Shown: positions 29,919-49,600 of the stretch, one piece after another
Layout of the letters: each line of letters opens with the position of its first letter
How positions within the stretch are numbered: the first letter of the stretch is position 1
Source: Phaeosaccion multiseriatum
Taxonomy: Eukaryota > Protista > Ochrophyta, other classes
NCBI GenBank assembly: GCA_965112735.1
Contig: OZ218955.1
Location: forward strand, 868,001 to 932,000
DNA length: 64,000 nucleotides
Direction of reading: 5' to 3'
Notes under the pieces: model-generated
What the model was told of the DNA's origin: nothing
The model's input: only the letters and a program-made list of their open reading frames with translations
Database searches by the model: none
Program-made: the position numbers and the translations under genes

Positions 29919-30800
29919 TCAGCTCATTTCCTCCGCCATGCTCTCCCACACCTCGCTCCCGACACTCCAGGGCCTCTCCAGCGGCGGCATCCCCCTCTCC
30001 TTGCCGAAGGTCGGATCAGTCCTTCGCATAAGGTCCAATGCGCTTTGAGATCGGAAGAAGGCTGCCGCCGTATCTCTGATTCGCTGCTCCATTACGGGGG
30101 CCAGATGGTACCTCCGTGCCCCAGCCAAGGCCTTGTCCACCGAGGCATCGGCCGACAGGAGCTGCCGCACAGTGCCATGGTGGCCCTTGTAGATGGCGAG
30201 AAGCAGAGGGGTGCCGCCGATCAACATCTGGGCATCAATGGGGGATCCCGCAGACATAAGACAAGCGATGACTGACTCATGTCCTTTTTGAGCAGCAACG
30301 TTGAGAGGTGTTGTACCGTCGTTGGCCGCTGTCTCCACTCTGGCTCCCGCAGAGAGAAAGCGCTTAACCACGGCGTCGTAGAGGACCATATCCATCTGTG
30401 GGAGAATGTTCAAGCTCGGCGTGGGCCCTGATAAGCTGCTGTACCACTCTCCCGTGACCTTTGGTAGACGCCACCATGAGCGGAGTTACGCCATGACAGT
30501 CTGCCTTGTTCACATCCGCTTGAGCGGAAATGAGCTGCTCTTCCACGGAGGTGTACCCACACTTACAGGCATACCCAAGCGGAGTGCGTTCCGTGTCATC
30601 GGATTTGTCAATGCTCGCGTGCGCGGCGAGTAGCTGCTGCACAATCGTAGAATGCGCCCCCGACGAGATTGGCTTGGTCGACAGAGGCTTCAACATCCAA
30701 GAGCCGCCTCACCACCTGCTCGTGTCCATTAGCGGAAGCCCCCGTCAGTGGCGTGTCCCCGACACAGCGATGAGCTTCCTAACCAGCGCTTTCACAGTGG
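29919..30800 (-). pseudogene. Ankyrin-repeat pseudogene (frameshifted)
   Basis: Ankyrin units (RTPLGYACKCGY, GVTPLMVASTKGH, GTTPLNVAAQKGH, GTPLLLAIYKGH) are split across frames near 30380 with no intron, and there is another break near 30700-30745. Confidence 0.75.
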
Positions 30801-30878
<78 letters not shown>

Positions 30879-31266
30879 AGGTGCAACGAGGTGAGAGGGC
30901 GAGTGAGGGAGACGAAACGGACGAAGAGAGGGAATGAGGTGGAGTCATGCTTACCTCGACGGGGGAAGCTGTTGTCTGCTGACTGCTCATGTCAGCTAGT
31001 CAGAGGGAAGTGGAGGAAAAAAGGGGGGGGGGAGAAGGAACAAAATTTCAGTTGGGTCCTCAGGGAGATCAGAGAATGAGAAGAGGAGGGTGAAGGAGCA
31101 GCAGAAGTAGCACGTGCGGGTACACACGAGCAGGGTTGATGTAGATCCTTGTGAGAAAGGAAGAAGCGAAGAAATTGCTCGGGGGGGCTCCGGATCAGGC
31201 TATCCTCAAGGAAGGCCGGATCGACTGATTTTATTTAGATCAATCAAGAGAGAGGGGGGTGGCACG

Positions 31267-37003
<5,737 letters not shown>

Positions 37004-37683
37004 TTGTGAGTATGGAGAGAATGAGGAAGATGATGAGGACGAGAATGAGGACGAGGATGAGGATGTTGCTGATGTGAATGTGATAGATGATACCCACAGC
37101 CTTGCGTGTGGTGGAGGGGAAGGGGAAAGACGTAGAGAGGCGGGCGTTTGTGTCGTACCAAACCGTCCTCCCTCCCTCTCTTGAAGCACCTTGCAGCAAT
37201 GGCAATTTCTACCAGCAACCAAACAAACCACAGCCTCCTGCTGCTGTAGATTACTTAGGAGGATGTAAATAAAACAATGAACTAAACAGAGCATGGGAAA
37301 TGTTTGTTTTGATGTTTTGTTTTGTTTTTATTTGTGGATGGTCAGGCATCCCCATTCGTGGTCATATCCTCCCCACTATATTACATACTACAAAGAGTCA
37401 GCAACGCTCGCTCGTCCAATCAGAGGTTGGCAGTTAAGGACAAGTCAACCTTGTCTCGTAAGAAACCCTGGGGGAGGAGTCGAATGGCGCCCAACACAAC
37501 GAGCATGTTTAGGCAACTTTTCTAGTCTAAGCTGTGGTCTATGTTTTGTTGTGTTTGTGGTCTATGTGATTTTGCCCTCTCATTCCTCTCTCCCTCATCC
37601 CCCCCCCCCCCCTCCTCCCCCACACCCACACACGCGCGCGTCTCTTGCAGCACACACCGCTGTTAAATGCTTAGCCTCTCCGC

Positions 37684-39318
37684 TTAGAGCTGGAGCGTCC
37701 TCTTGAAAGCGATGGATGACTTGCCCGTGTCCTCGAGAGGAATGTTGCCCGCCACTGTCCAGTTGTTGCCCTCCTTGAACTCCCAGTCTACGTTGGTCTT
37801 GCAGGCGGTCACCTCGATGGCGCCCTTTCCATCCTCGAGGTCACGGTTGAGTCGCACTGACACGTCTCCGCTCTTGAGGTCGAACTTGGGTGAGATCCTG
37901 TGTGTGTGTGTGCGTTAGGAGTTGGTTGGATTCGTTGTGGGTTACGTGGAGAAGGTGAGAACAGAAAGAATGTACTGAGAAAGCAGACCCGGAGCACGAG
38001 TACGACGAGACTTGTCGAGTTGACTCGCTTTCCCCTACCACCAACACAACCTTCATGTCTACCCAAAGCAGCAGCAGAAGCAAGCCAAGCACCACCAATT
38101 AATCGTCGATCAACCACATCAGTCTAACCTGTTGGAGTCGTCCAGCTTGTGCGACACCTCCACCACCACACTCTCGTCCCGCTGGTCCAGCGTCACCTCA
38201 GCCGTGGTGTCGGGTCCGTCGAGCTCCGTGTTGACGACAACAAAGCCGGTCTTCTCCTGCACGTTAACAGTGGGCTCAATGACGACTCGGCGTCCGTCCA
38301 TGTCCAGCTCCTTGTGAATGCGCACCGGCCCCACGACGTTGGTAGCGGTGTCGTAGTCGACGGTCACAGAGTCCTCTCCTTGGTTCAAGGTGGCCTCCAC
38401 GACGGTGGCCTTGGACTCCAGGTCGTACTGTTGATGGCGGTGTGGTTCGGGCAGACAAGAGAGCAGAAGAAGAACAAGAAGAAGATGTTAGTTGTCCGTT
38501 TGAAAAAATCAGACAAAACCCCTTTGGGGTGATGTGGCTGGCTGTGCATGAGGGCGTACACGCAAGAGACTTTGCGTACTCGCAGCAGCGTGATGCAATG
38601 ATCGAACACCGTATCCAACTACCAAACCATTGGCCCAAATGCGCAACGTTCTCTGCTAAGATTCTGAGGCTCAGCAACGCCGCTCGGCTGCGAGATTGCC
38701 GTCGCTGTTGCTGCACTGCGACTACTACGCTGCAGCAGTGCGATGCCTCGCTGCTGCGGCCTCTATACCAATTGTGCGAAAGCTGAAGGGAAAAGGACCA
38801 GTTCTCTGAACCCATGACCCAAACATACAGAACGCCCAAGATTCCTACTGCAGGAGCAACGGCATGCACCCGCACCGCTTTGCCCGCTGTGCCACCCCTA
38901 TTGCTGCACGGCTTCCCCCCCCGCCCTACCCTTCCTCGGCCCTCGCGCCGCCGCTGCTGCCGCGCATGTTCTGAAAAAAACAAACTGCTAAAATCCTGAT
39001 GTTGAAGTTCATTTTCTCTCTCACCTCGGCCTTGATCTCTGCCGCAACATTGTTGCCCTCATCGATGTCAGTCTTGCCGCGCACCCACACCGAGGTGGGC
39101 AGGCCTCTTGCCTGGTTGTACCTGTACTCGACTCCTGCGTTCACGTTGTCCAGCACCTCGTGCTCCCATGTGCCCTCGAGGTTGAGGCTTCCTGCCCCAT
39201 CGGGAAGGGAAGCGTCGTTGATCTCCACGCTGAGGCGAGGCCCCTGGATGTTCTGCAGGTTTGCTGCGTTGGCCACTCCGAGGAGGGCGGTGAGGGTGGC
39301 GATGCAGAAGGTCTTCAT
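37684..39318 (-). CDS. Signal-peptide-bearing, all-beta, probable beta-barrel (OEP24-like?) protein
   Basis: Exons 39318-39025, 38427-38129 and 37897-37684 are in frame. Signal peptide MKTFCIATLTALLGVANA, alternating polar/apolar strands with short D/G turns, C-terminal strand SSIAFKRTLQL. The family assignment is an inference. Confidence 0.7.
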
Positions 39319-39660
39319 GGTGTAGGTAAAAAGTTGATTTGGATACAATTGATAATGAGCAGTGGCAGTGGCATTTGTGGCGTTGAAGGAAAATGGAAAA
39401 TGCGGACTTCAACGTCGATTTTGAAATCGACATTGAACCCCTCGGGTCTGCCACGCACAACCACACACGCCTCGCGCACACCCTCACACACACCCACACG
39501 CCTGCCGTACACACCCCCTGCTCAGGCCAAGGGCCCGAAATACCGAGGGAGCGAGAGAGAACCTGCACCATGGAGAGAAGTGAGAAGTAGCTTGCAGGAA
39601 TGAGGGGGCGAGAGAACGGCCAAGTGGTCGACCGTGCTATCGACGACCGCTTTCTCGATA

Positions 39661-39747
39661 TCGGCCCCTGACAAGGTTCTGAGGCAACACAGGTTCATCA
39701 GGTTCTGACCGGCGATAGCAGATAGCAGATAGCGCGTCAGGGGTCGA
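39661..39747. repeat. Palindromic element copy 3
   Basis: Arms TCGGCCCCTGAC and GTCAGGGGTCGA, with internal tandem GATAGC(A) x3 and AGGTTC x3. Confidence 0.65.
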
Positions 39748-40375
39748 AAGTGGAAGGTGTGCCTCTTTCGAACATTTCTCTCCTTGACACATACGCCCTC
39801 ACGTCTACATCACTAAAACACGATGCTCCGAGAGCCGCGGCATACATGACGCATAAGGCAGGTATGTCGGTTGGGTCCCCAATACCCAATGCCTGAACTC
39901 AGGTGCAAAAAGCTCATGTGTATCCACTGTGTATCCACATTCCACACGCCAGCAGTTAAGTGGGCGGATCAGTTGAAATAAAAAAAAACACTTTGTGCTG
40001 CCTCTGGACCACTAACTGCTGCTGTGCTGCTGCTGCACGGGGTGGGGCGGTCGGCACTTGAAGCCACAAGCCCATTGAGCGAGATTCAGCGGCAGGAAGG
40101 CCTCAGCGTAGTATCAATGCATCTACAAGTATCAATCGCGAGGGGAGCTTCTCTCAGTCTCTCTCCCTGGCTCCCCAGACACTCTTATTCTTTTGTCTTT
40201 TGTGCGTGCTGCCTCCCCTTTATCACTGTGGCCCGGTCTGCTACAAGCGCTGCAGCTGCCGCCCCTGCTGCTGCTGCTGCTGCGGCAGCTGCTTCTCCTC
40301 CTCCTCCTCCTCCTCCTCCACTTCTCTACATCCGACAGTACTCGCCACCCCCCTCAAAGCTTGAAAGGGAAGGCT

Positions 40376-41820
40376 TTACATGACGCTCAGGAGCTCCACA
40401 TCTGAGCACGCAAGAGCAGGAGGAAGAGGAGGATGGGGGAAGGAGGAGGAGGAGGAGGGGGGGGGGGGGAGAAGGAGGGTTTAGGGTGGTGGCGAAGAGA
40501 CAAAACGGGCAGTCCCCTGTACCCCGCAGCAGAGGGGGGTGTGATACCAACAGGAGTTGGTGATACTGTAGCAACAGCAGCGGCAGCCTCCTCCTCTTCC
40601 TCCTCCCCCTCCTCCTCCTCCTCCTCTTCCTCCTCCCCCTCCCCCCCATTCTCCTCCTCCTCATCCTCATCCTCCTCCTCCTCCTCCTCTCCTTCTCACC
40701 AAAGTAGAGGGTAGCGTCGGGCGGGATGATGCCTCCGGCCCCCCGCTTGCCATAGCCCAGCTGGCTTGGCACCACAAGCTGGCGCCTCTCTCCCACCTTC
40801 ATGTCCAGCACCGCCTCGTCCCACGCCTTGATCACCTGCAGCAGTTGGTGATAAAAGGTAAGCAGCAGTTGGTGATACACCAGGTGATACAACAACAGCA
40901 GCAGCAGCAGCAGCCGGAGTAGCTGCGCCCCTCTCGCATAGCTGCAGCAGGCAGGCGTCCATCGGAAGAAGAGCCCAAAGGAAGGAAGAGGTGTGATAGG
41001 TCCGAACCCCTTTAGATACCTGTTCTGAACCCACCCACCTGTCCATTGCCAACTTTGAAGGTGAAGGGTCTTCCGCGGTCACGAGAGGAGTCAAACTTAG
41101 CCCCGTCCCCGTCAAAGCCGTTGAGCCAACCCGTGTAGTGAGCCTGCAGCAGTTGGTGATATCGCAGCAAGCGAGGGGCCAGCAAAGCAGGCAGGGTAAG
41201 GACAGAATACCTGCATCCTTTCCTCCTTTCCGCTCATCAACTCCCTCCCCACACTGCAGCATTGCAGCATTATGACGAGTGTAAGATTATAAACTGGAGA
41301 GTGATAAAGCATCCACTCCCTCCCCCCTCCTCATGCAGAAGTACGATCCTACCTTGACGCTGGATCCCGCTGGCGGCTGCGCTCCTGTGCCTTCCTTGAT
41401 GACCTTGTACTGCGAGGAAGCGCGGGAGAGGCGGGGGGGGGGGGGGATGGAAGGGAAAGGATGAAAAGAGGAGCTAACACAGCAACAGCGATTAGATTTC
41501 ATGGTCCTCCTTCACCTTTCACCCTTGGCTTGGGATTGATTTCACACCTGCAAGCCGCTGTCCGTGGTGATGAAGCCAGCGTCGTCCGCGAAGGCAATGT
41601 TGGCTCCTCCCGTTGCTAATCCTCCGGCCAAGACGGCTCCTGTGGTGGCGATGAAGTTTCTCCTGCCGTGCATGCTTGCGCTGTTGGGGCTGTTGCTCAT
41701 GCTCATGCTAACGGAGCGAGATGCTACCCGTCCGCATGCCTTGCCCGCCGCCAGAGGGACCGCGGTAAAGGCAGTGGCGCTTGGCAAAAGGGCAATGATC
41801 GAGAGAATGGCCGGACGCAT
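40376..41820 (-). CDS. FKBP-type peptidyl-prolyl cis-trans isomerase, predicted thylakoid lumen
   Basis: Exons 41820-41548, 41409-41353, 41143-41039, 40835-40700, 40401-40376. Targeting: ATA|F signal cleavage, RRNF twin-Arg, AFA. Motifs: TDSGLQYK, HYTGWL, KFDSSRDRGRPF, VIKAWDEA, LGYGKRGAGGIIPP, FDVELL. Confidence 0.95.
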
Positions 41821-42059
41821 GTTTTGTTGTTGTGTGTGTTGGAAATCACACACACAGACCGTCCATCAGCTGCCTTCCCGTTGGCCCAACCGTCCCTTCT
41901 CCCTTCCTCCCTCTCCATATATCTCTCATCTCTTGAGAATATACATGTAGCTTAGATCACAGAGGAGAGGAGAGGAGAGGAGAGGAGGGAGAGGGGAGGA
42001 GAGGAGAAGAGAAGAGAGGAGAGGAGAAGTGGAGCATCGACGAGGATATCCGACAAGCG

Positions 42060-42893
42060 ATGCCCCTTCCAGACCGACGTGCCTGCCTCTCCACGGGCCT
42101 CCTCCTCAGGCTCCTGCTACCGCCACTGCTGCTACTCCTGATCAGTCCCCAGCGCGTCATAGCCGAGGTTGAGAAGGAGGAAGCAGCACCATCGGTACTC
42201 CTCAACCCCGCGGATCCCATCGGGCAAGGGGAGAAGGGCATCGCCAAGCTCAAGAGTGCGCTCCTCGCCCACTGCAACGGCGAAGGCGAGGGCGAAGGCG
42301 CTATTTGGAGCGGGTGTAGGGGCGGGGAAGCCTTGGACAGGAAAGCTGTGGCTGTTTTTGGGGTCTGCGATGCCAACTATGTGGAGCACTACGCCACGGC
42401 GTTTGCCTCGATACGCAAGCACCACCCCACATGGGGAGACATGAGAGAGCCGGGCGAAGAAGCAGGAAGAGGGGGCGATGTCGACCTCTTTCTCTTTGTT
42501 GTGGAGGGAGATATTACTCCGTCGCTGCAAGAGCAGGTAAGGACAGACAGCGGATGGAGTCTTTCGTGCTCATCAACACTGGCTCCAAGTGTCACGTGTC
42601 CACCCCACTCACTGCTCCTTGTACCTACCCACATCAACCTCTGCACCCAACCACCTTCTCCCCCCCATTTCACCCCCCGCCGCTACCGGGCTAACCTCTC
42701 CCCCCTTTTCTCGCACACTTCCACACACACAGATATCCAAACCCTCAAATTAGTCCCACCCCCATCCATATGCGATAATCCATAAGCCACAGATGTCGCC
42801 CCCCGCCCTCTCTATCTCCACTTATCCCATCAAGAACGAACTGACCTCTTCCTGCCCCTCCCCACTCCTCATCCACTGCCATCCCGACACTTG

Positions 42894-42924
<31 letters not shown>

Positions 42925-44744
42925 CAGCCGGCCTGGAGAGCCCTCCTCTCTCCTCACCTCCAAGTCACCCCCCTTCCCATCGACCTCACCGGCGCCTTTG
43001 CCGGAGTACGCCGTGGCGAGGTCATCAACTGGTGAGGTTTGTGGCTTGTAGTGTCAATCAGTGTCAGTTGTAAAGGTGTTTATTGACCCCGACCAGTATC
43101 GAGAACCGATAACCCAATAACGATGAATTCCCATGGGCTCCCATCTTCCCCGTACACGTTCCTCAACCGAAGTGTGTACGTGGGGGCACCTTTAACCATG
43201 TCGCCATGTAGTGCCATCTGCTGCTACGTAAGAGTGACAAATATTATCCCCCCGTATGACGCCCCTCTCCAGGTGGGCCGCTGTGCCGGAGCTGCTTGCC
43301 CTAGTGGGCTACCCTCGCAGCGTGTACCTCGATGGAGACGTCATGGCCGTTAGACAGCTTCCGCTGCAGAGCATTTGGCAGCAGGTGCGAAGAAGTGGGT
43401 CATGTTAGAGGTGTATGGGGGTCGTGTTAGAGGCGTATAGGGCATGGCAAGGGTATGGCCTCTCCTGACCCCCCTTCCGCTATGTCTCCTCTCTGTACCC
43501 GACGTTACGCGAATTTATTCCATCAAAACCACACCACACCACACCACATCACACACCACACCACACCACACCCCACCCCACCTCAACCACAACCACACAC
43601 CACACCACCCATCCACTGCCATCTACGCCATCAGGCGCAAGGCGTGTCGGGGGCGCCTGCCGGAGTCATGATTGCTCACCTCGCCGCCACGGGACAGCAT
43701 GGAGCCGGGCAAAGGCTGCTCCAGGCCTTCAAGTCACACACCCGCACACCCACGCACCCACACGACTCAGCACGCGACTCACAGATGGATGCACACCAGA
43801 GGATGACGGAGGATGCACAACATGCTCGGGCGGTGGATGAGGTGGTGGCCGGCATGGAGCACTCTCTACACCACCTTAGTTTCCTCAACACCGGCGTGCT
43901 CGTGTTCAACGGCCTTGCTCTGGGGCTTGGGCAAGGAAAAGGCTTGGGGTTCTTCGCCTCCTTCCAGCAGTCCTTCTTAACCATGCAGCGCGGGGGGCTG
44001 CAACAAGCCGCCCAAGGTAAAGTAAGGGGTCTGTTTTTCTTCTTCTTATGGTCGCCATATTGTCACGTCTGATGCCATCCATCCGGATGAATCATCATAC
44101 TATCTGCTGCCATGCTTCGGTCATCAGTCATCACGTCTGCTGCCATCCATCCGGGATGAATCACATGACATCTACTGCCATCCTGATGAATCATGACCAC
44201 AGGCGACCAGGAGATCCTCGGCCTGTTATTGGCGCTGATATCCGCGAGAGAAGACCCAACCCTGCCCATTCCTGCTGTATCACCAACTGCTGCTGCTGCT
44301 GGGACGGGACGAGGAGAGGCAGCAACAGCAGAAGGAGCAGGAGGAGGAGGAGGAGGAGGAGGTCTGCCGATTCCAGCCGTGGGCAAGCACAAAATACACT
44401 ACCTACATCGAGCATGGAACTACCAATGCTCCAGAGGCTTCATTAGAGTGGCGATGGGCAACAGCAAGACGAAGGGCACGTTTCGCTGGATTCGGCAACC
44501 TCTGGGGCTGGGGGCGGACGGAAATGGCGGTTACAGTCACACCGAGTCGACGGTTACGGGAAGCGTCCCACCGCCGCCGGAAGCAGACCCCATCTTTGTG
44601 CACTTTACCTTCTCCAAGCCGTGGAAGGCAATGGATGGGTGGGCGGAGTGGGAGAGGACGGACGGAGAGAAGGTGGCCTACGCAAGGGAATGGGCGGCCA
44701 CTCGACGGGAATGGGAAGAGAAGGTGAAGCTGGACTCTGCATGA
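42060..44744 (+). CDS. Glycosyltransferase family 8-like protein with an N-terminal signal/anchor
   Basis: Exons 42060-42536, 42928-43031, 43273-43384, 43635-44016, 44203-44744. Motifs: CDANY, YLDGD (DxD), FLNTGVLVFN, GDQEIL, WNYQ, VHFTFSKPW. Confidence 0.85.
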
Positions 44745-46116
44745 TGAGCTTCAACATCAATCGTCGCAGTTGGTGATACAGCAGGACTAGCGAGAGCACA
44801 GCATGTGGCTGGGAATACGAGGAGAAGCTGAAGCCGTACTCTCTGAGACACAACAACAACAACAGCAGCAGCAGCAGCAGCAGCAAGAGCGGCAGCAGCA
44901 GTAGCAGCATCCGGAGCAGGAGTAGGAGCAAGACCAGCAATTGGCAGCAGGGTGGCCCTATATCCTCCTATCCATCCTCCCCCCCCCCCCATCTCGTCTC
45001 TCCCACACGAGACGGCTCAGGAGGGAGGAGGCACTCCAAAGTAGGAGCAGCAACGGCAGCAGCGGCGCTACCATCAGTTCTATTAGTACCAGTTGGTGAT
45101 ACAGCACGGGGCAGCTGGTAGAAGGAAGGAACGATCGCCCAAGCGTAGAAGCCAAGGCTTGGGTTTCAGTCCTCCCGAACGAAGTCAGGCACGAGAACGT
45201 GGACCTTCGGCCCTTCTCTTCAGCCGAAATACATAACCAACAGGCCAGTGCTGCCCTTTTCTCCCCATAGGACCCTGGATTCAGGGCCGGAGAGGCGTCG
45301 CCAACCGGAGAGAGGAGACAGCCCCCCCACTCCGACCCACAGATGAGGAGGGCCCTTCAGCAGCTTCAGTAGTCTGAAGGACACACACGCCAGCTCGCCC
45401 ACCGCTCATTCACAAGCTGGTAAGAAGATGCGAGGGAAGGAGACACGAGCTCATCAGATGGCAATGGATGGTGGATATCTTCTTCACCGACTCGGAGAGA
45501 GCAGTTGCGATGGTGCCCAGGGGGGTGATGGTGAAGATCTATGAAATAGGCTCTCCCCTGCCCCCCCTGTCCAACAGAGGAGGAAGAGAGGAAGAGTGTT
45601 GTGCTGCTGAGGCTGGGGCTACATCAACAGAGGAGGAAGATGAGGTGAGGGCATATCAACAGAGGAGGAGGAGGAGAGCATGGGCTTTTGTTGCCTGCTG
45701 AGGCTGATGCTGAGGCCACATGTCTTGGCACTCTTTTTCACACCCATTGAGACTGAGACTGAGACTGAGACTGAGTGAGGCTACAGGAGCACAAGCCTCG
45801 CACTCATTCGTGGCTGAGACAATGTGTTTGTACTTGTGACACGACGTGACTGCAACGCAAAGAACGTCTCGACAAACGGACGGACGGACGGACGGACGAG
45901 GCTCCGGAGGGCTAACAGTTATAAGAGCGAGAGGGTACCGGTGTATCTGCCTGTCTAGGGCTAGCTACCACCTGAGAGTAAACAGCGAGACTGCCGGTGG
46001 CAGGGGCAAGAGGTATGTCTGGGCAGCAACCACAACGGACAGGGGTGGAAGAGACCAAAAGCGCAGCGGACGCCGGTCCCAACAAGTTTGTAATAATACC
46101 AGAAAAAAGGAGGGTT

Positions 46117-46272
46117 TGAAACGAGACTCTCCACTTGGATGAATGATTGATGAATGACACTTCATGCCTGAAACAAAACTCTCCATTTGGATGAATGATT
46201 GATGAATGACACTTCATGCCTGAAACAAAACTCTCCATTTGGATGAATGATTGATGAATGACACTTCATGCC
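46117..46272. repeat. Tandem repeat, 3 x 52 bp, AT-rich
   Basis: Unit TGAAACAAAACTCTCCATTTGGATGAATGATTGATGAATGACACTTCATGCC. Copies 2 and 3 are identical. Confidence 0.95.
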
Positions 46273-46666
46273 TTTGATAGGGCAGTGTTGCATCTGCCAC
46301 TCCTTCTACTCTTCTTTCCAAAAGGCACTTCATCACTTCTCACATTTGCCGGTCCTGACACCTGTTGGCAGAGGCCCTCCCCATCCGTCCTGCTTCCCCC
46401 TCCAAGACCTTCCTGCCGTCGCCTCGCCCAAGCGGGCTTCTACGCGCCCTCCTCCTCCTTCGCCTGCTGCGCCCGCTCCTTCTGCTCCGCCTGTCACTCC
46501 TCCTCCTCCTCCTCCTCCTCCTCCTCCTCCTCCTCTTCCTCCTCCTCCTCCTCCTCCTCCTCCTCCTCCTCCTGCTCCTCCTCCTCCTCCTCCTCCTCCG
46601 CTACTGGTGCAGCACTGAACCCCCCACCCCCACCCTCACTCCTCAATATGTCAATGATTCATCTCC

Positions 46667-49600
46667 TCATTTACTCGCCGCCTCCTCCTCCAGGGCCTCC
46701 CTGTGCTCCTTCACCAACTTGACCTGTAAGTCCCTGTTGACCTGTTGGTGCTTCGAATACTCCATGGTGTACTCCCCTTTACCCTGTGTCCCACTACGCA
46801 GATCCGTCGAGTACCCAAACATCTGCGCTAAAGGCACCTCAGCCTTGATGCAGCAGCTGCTGCCATCTTCGCTCACGTCCACCCCGTGCATTACCCCCAT
46901 TCGTTTGTTGATACCCCCGACGATACCTCCTTGGAAGTCGACGGGAGCGGTGATCTCAACCATCATCATGGGTTCGAGTACAGCGGGATTGGCTGGGGGG
47001 GGTGGGAGGGGAGGGGAGGGAAGGGAGAGAGGGAGGGAGGGAGGGAGGGAGGGGGGGAGGGATAAGGGGAGGAGAGGAGTGAGTGAGTGAGGGAGGGACG
47101 TAAGGGGAGGTTGGGGATGGCAGTGGATGGGGGCGACAAGCAGGCGGAGCAGGGGAGTGAGGACGTCCCCTGACCCTGCCCCTGACCCTGACCCTGAGAC
47201 CCTGCCCCTGACCCTGACCTTTACCTTCACCCTCACCCCTCACCCTCACCCTCACGCCTCACCCCCACCCTCAACCCTCACGCTCACCACTCCCTCTTCC
47301 CTCCCTCACCTTGGACCATGGCTGTTCTGACGGCGGCGGCGGAGGCGAAGCGGAAGGCCATATCGCTCGAGTCCACAGCGTGGGCAGCGCCGTCTTGGAG
47401 AACCACCTGTTGTATGTATGTAGAGGTGGAGGGGCAGGGTCAGGGCCAAACCGAGAAGAGGCGAGGAGGCAAGGAAGAGATGGAGTTAGTATGTACCCCA
47501 AGGTAGGGAAGTCAAGGATATGTACCCCGAGCATGCCTACATGCCCATAAAGGCCTACATGCCTATACGCCTCCATGCCTATATGCCTCCAGGATGCCTC
47601 CATATGCCTTCATGATGCCTACATGCCAATAGGCCTCCATGTCTATATGCCTCCATGATGCCTCTATATGCCTTCATGACGCCTATATGATGCCTACATG
47701 CCTATAAAGGCCTCCATGTCTGTATGCCTCCAGGATGCCTCCATGATGCCCATAAGCCTTCCTTACCCTGAGGCCGTGCACCTCCTTGCCCAGCAGCCCC
47801 CCCTCCAGCCTCGCGTCATCAAAGCCCTTCATGCAAGAGGTTATGTACTCAGGGGGGATGTTCATGCCCACGCAGTGATTCTCGAACTCGTGGGTCACCT
47901 ATTGGGTGGTTGGTTGGAGGGGATGAGAGAGAGAGGGAGGTTGAGGGAGAGGGGGCGGGGTGAGGAGAGAGGGAGAGAGAGAGAGAGAGAGAGAGAAGAG
48001 AGACGAGAGAGAAGAGCGGGAATCTTGTTTGTACTTTTTAGTTTTACGTGACCTTAGCAATGTCGAACACCATACATGGAGTCGATATCGAAGCTTCTGT
48101 GTCTACTCCACTGTCTGACTCGAAACTGCCTCTGAAACTGTCCGACTCACCGGTGCTCCGTTGTCGTCCTTGGCGTTAATGTCGAGAGGCTCGATGAAAC
48201 CGATAACCTTGGCGTACTGCCCGGAGCCGCCCGTCTGCTTCTTGTGCAGGTACGTGAAAGAGGCCTTCTTGTTGATGGCCTCTCTGTAGTTTACCTTGGG
48301 TGCCCCCACCACCACGTTGACCTGTTGGTTGTGTGTGTGTGTGTGTGTGTGTGTGACATGGCAAGGGCCTTTACTCGATATCCCTTGGTAATCCAAAAAT
48401 ATCGGATCCAAAAAGTCGAAATCACGGAAGGACACTGCTGGCTCTCTGCCGCTCTTCCTTCTGTGCTCCTCCCTCCCCCCCCTCCCCCCCATCCACTGCC
48501 ATCCCATCCCTCACTCACGTTGTACTCCCGCTTGAGCCGCTCCACATAGACATCGAGATGAAGCTCTCCCATGCCGCTCATTATGGTCTCTTTGGTGTCA
48601 AGGTCGGTGTGGATGCGCAGGGTGGGGTCTTCACGAGTGAACTTCTGTAACGCCTTTCCAAAGTTGTCCAGGTTGGCGTCCTTTTTTAGCATTTCAGATG
48701 ATTTGGGTTCATCATTTTGAGGCCCGGTAGAGGGGAGGGGAGGGAAGCCGAGGGGCAAAACGTAAGTGCCAAGCAATGCGAACAGAAGAAAGGACACGAA
48801 GCGGTGTATGTGTGCGTGCGTGCGTGCGTGCGTGCGTGTGCGTGTTCCCCCCTCCCTCCCCTCCCTCCCCTCCCTCCCTCCTCCCCTCTGTTATCACCGA
48901 CTCGCTCACCTTGTCGGGCTTGACGGCCAGGCTCATGACTGCCTCAGGCACGTACATGCTGGTCATGGCGAGGTTGTGTGTGCCATCTGTGAAGCTGTCC
49001 ATGGAGGAGCAGTCCACTCCGAACATCGCGATGACGTCACCCGCCCCGCACCGGTCAACCTAAATTAAGAGTTTTCAGTGTCAGGTTTCTGGTAGTTCGA
49101 ACGTATCGAACACATTCATATGGTATCGGTGTCGACACGCTTGGCCAAGAGCTCACGCACTCACTCACTCACCGCTCACTCACTCACGCACTCACTCACT
49201 CACCGCTCACTCACTCACGCACTCACTCACTCACCGCTCACTCACTCACTCGCTCACTCACTCACTCACTCACTCACTCACTCACTCACTCGCTCACTCG
49301 CTCACTCACTCACTCACTCACTCACTCACTCCCTCCCTCACTCACTCACTCACTGACCACTCACTCACTCACGCACTCATTCACTCACCTCCTGCATCTC
49401 GTTGGAGTGCATGCGCACTACTCGAGGCACCTTGACCTGTTGGTGATTCATTCGTTTGTTTTGTCAGTTGTAAGTTGTAAGTTGAGAAGAGAGAGAGGTC
49501 TGACACGAAAATCCGATACTACTATTCATCACAATACCAAGATGGATGTCGATACTGAAATCGATGTGCTCGATACCGCTCCTGCTTACTTACCGACTTG

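Noticed and set aside
44800-45700. Possible degraded gene on the minus strand
   Set aside because: Short ORFs with stops, no recognisable motif and no consistent splice path.
46117-46272. Possible CRISPR array
   Set aside because: Head-to-tail repeats with no unique spacers, no cas genes, and a eukaryotic context.
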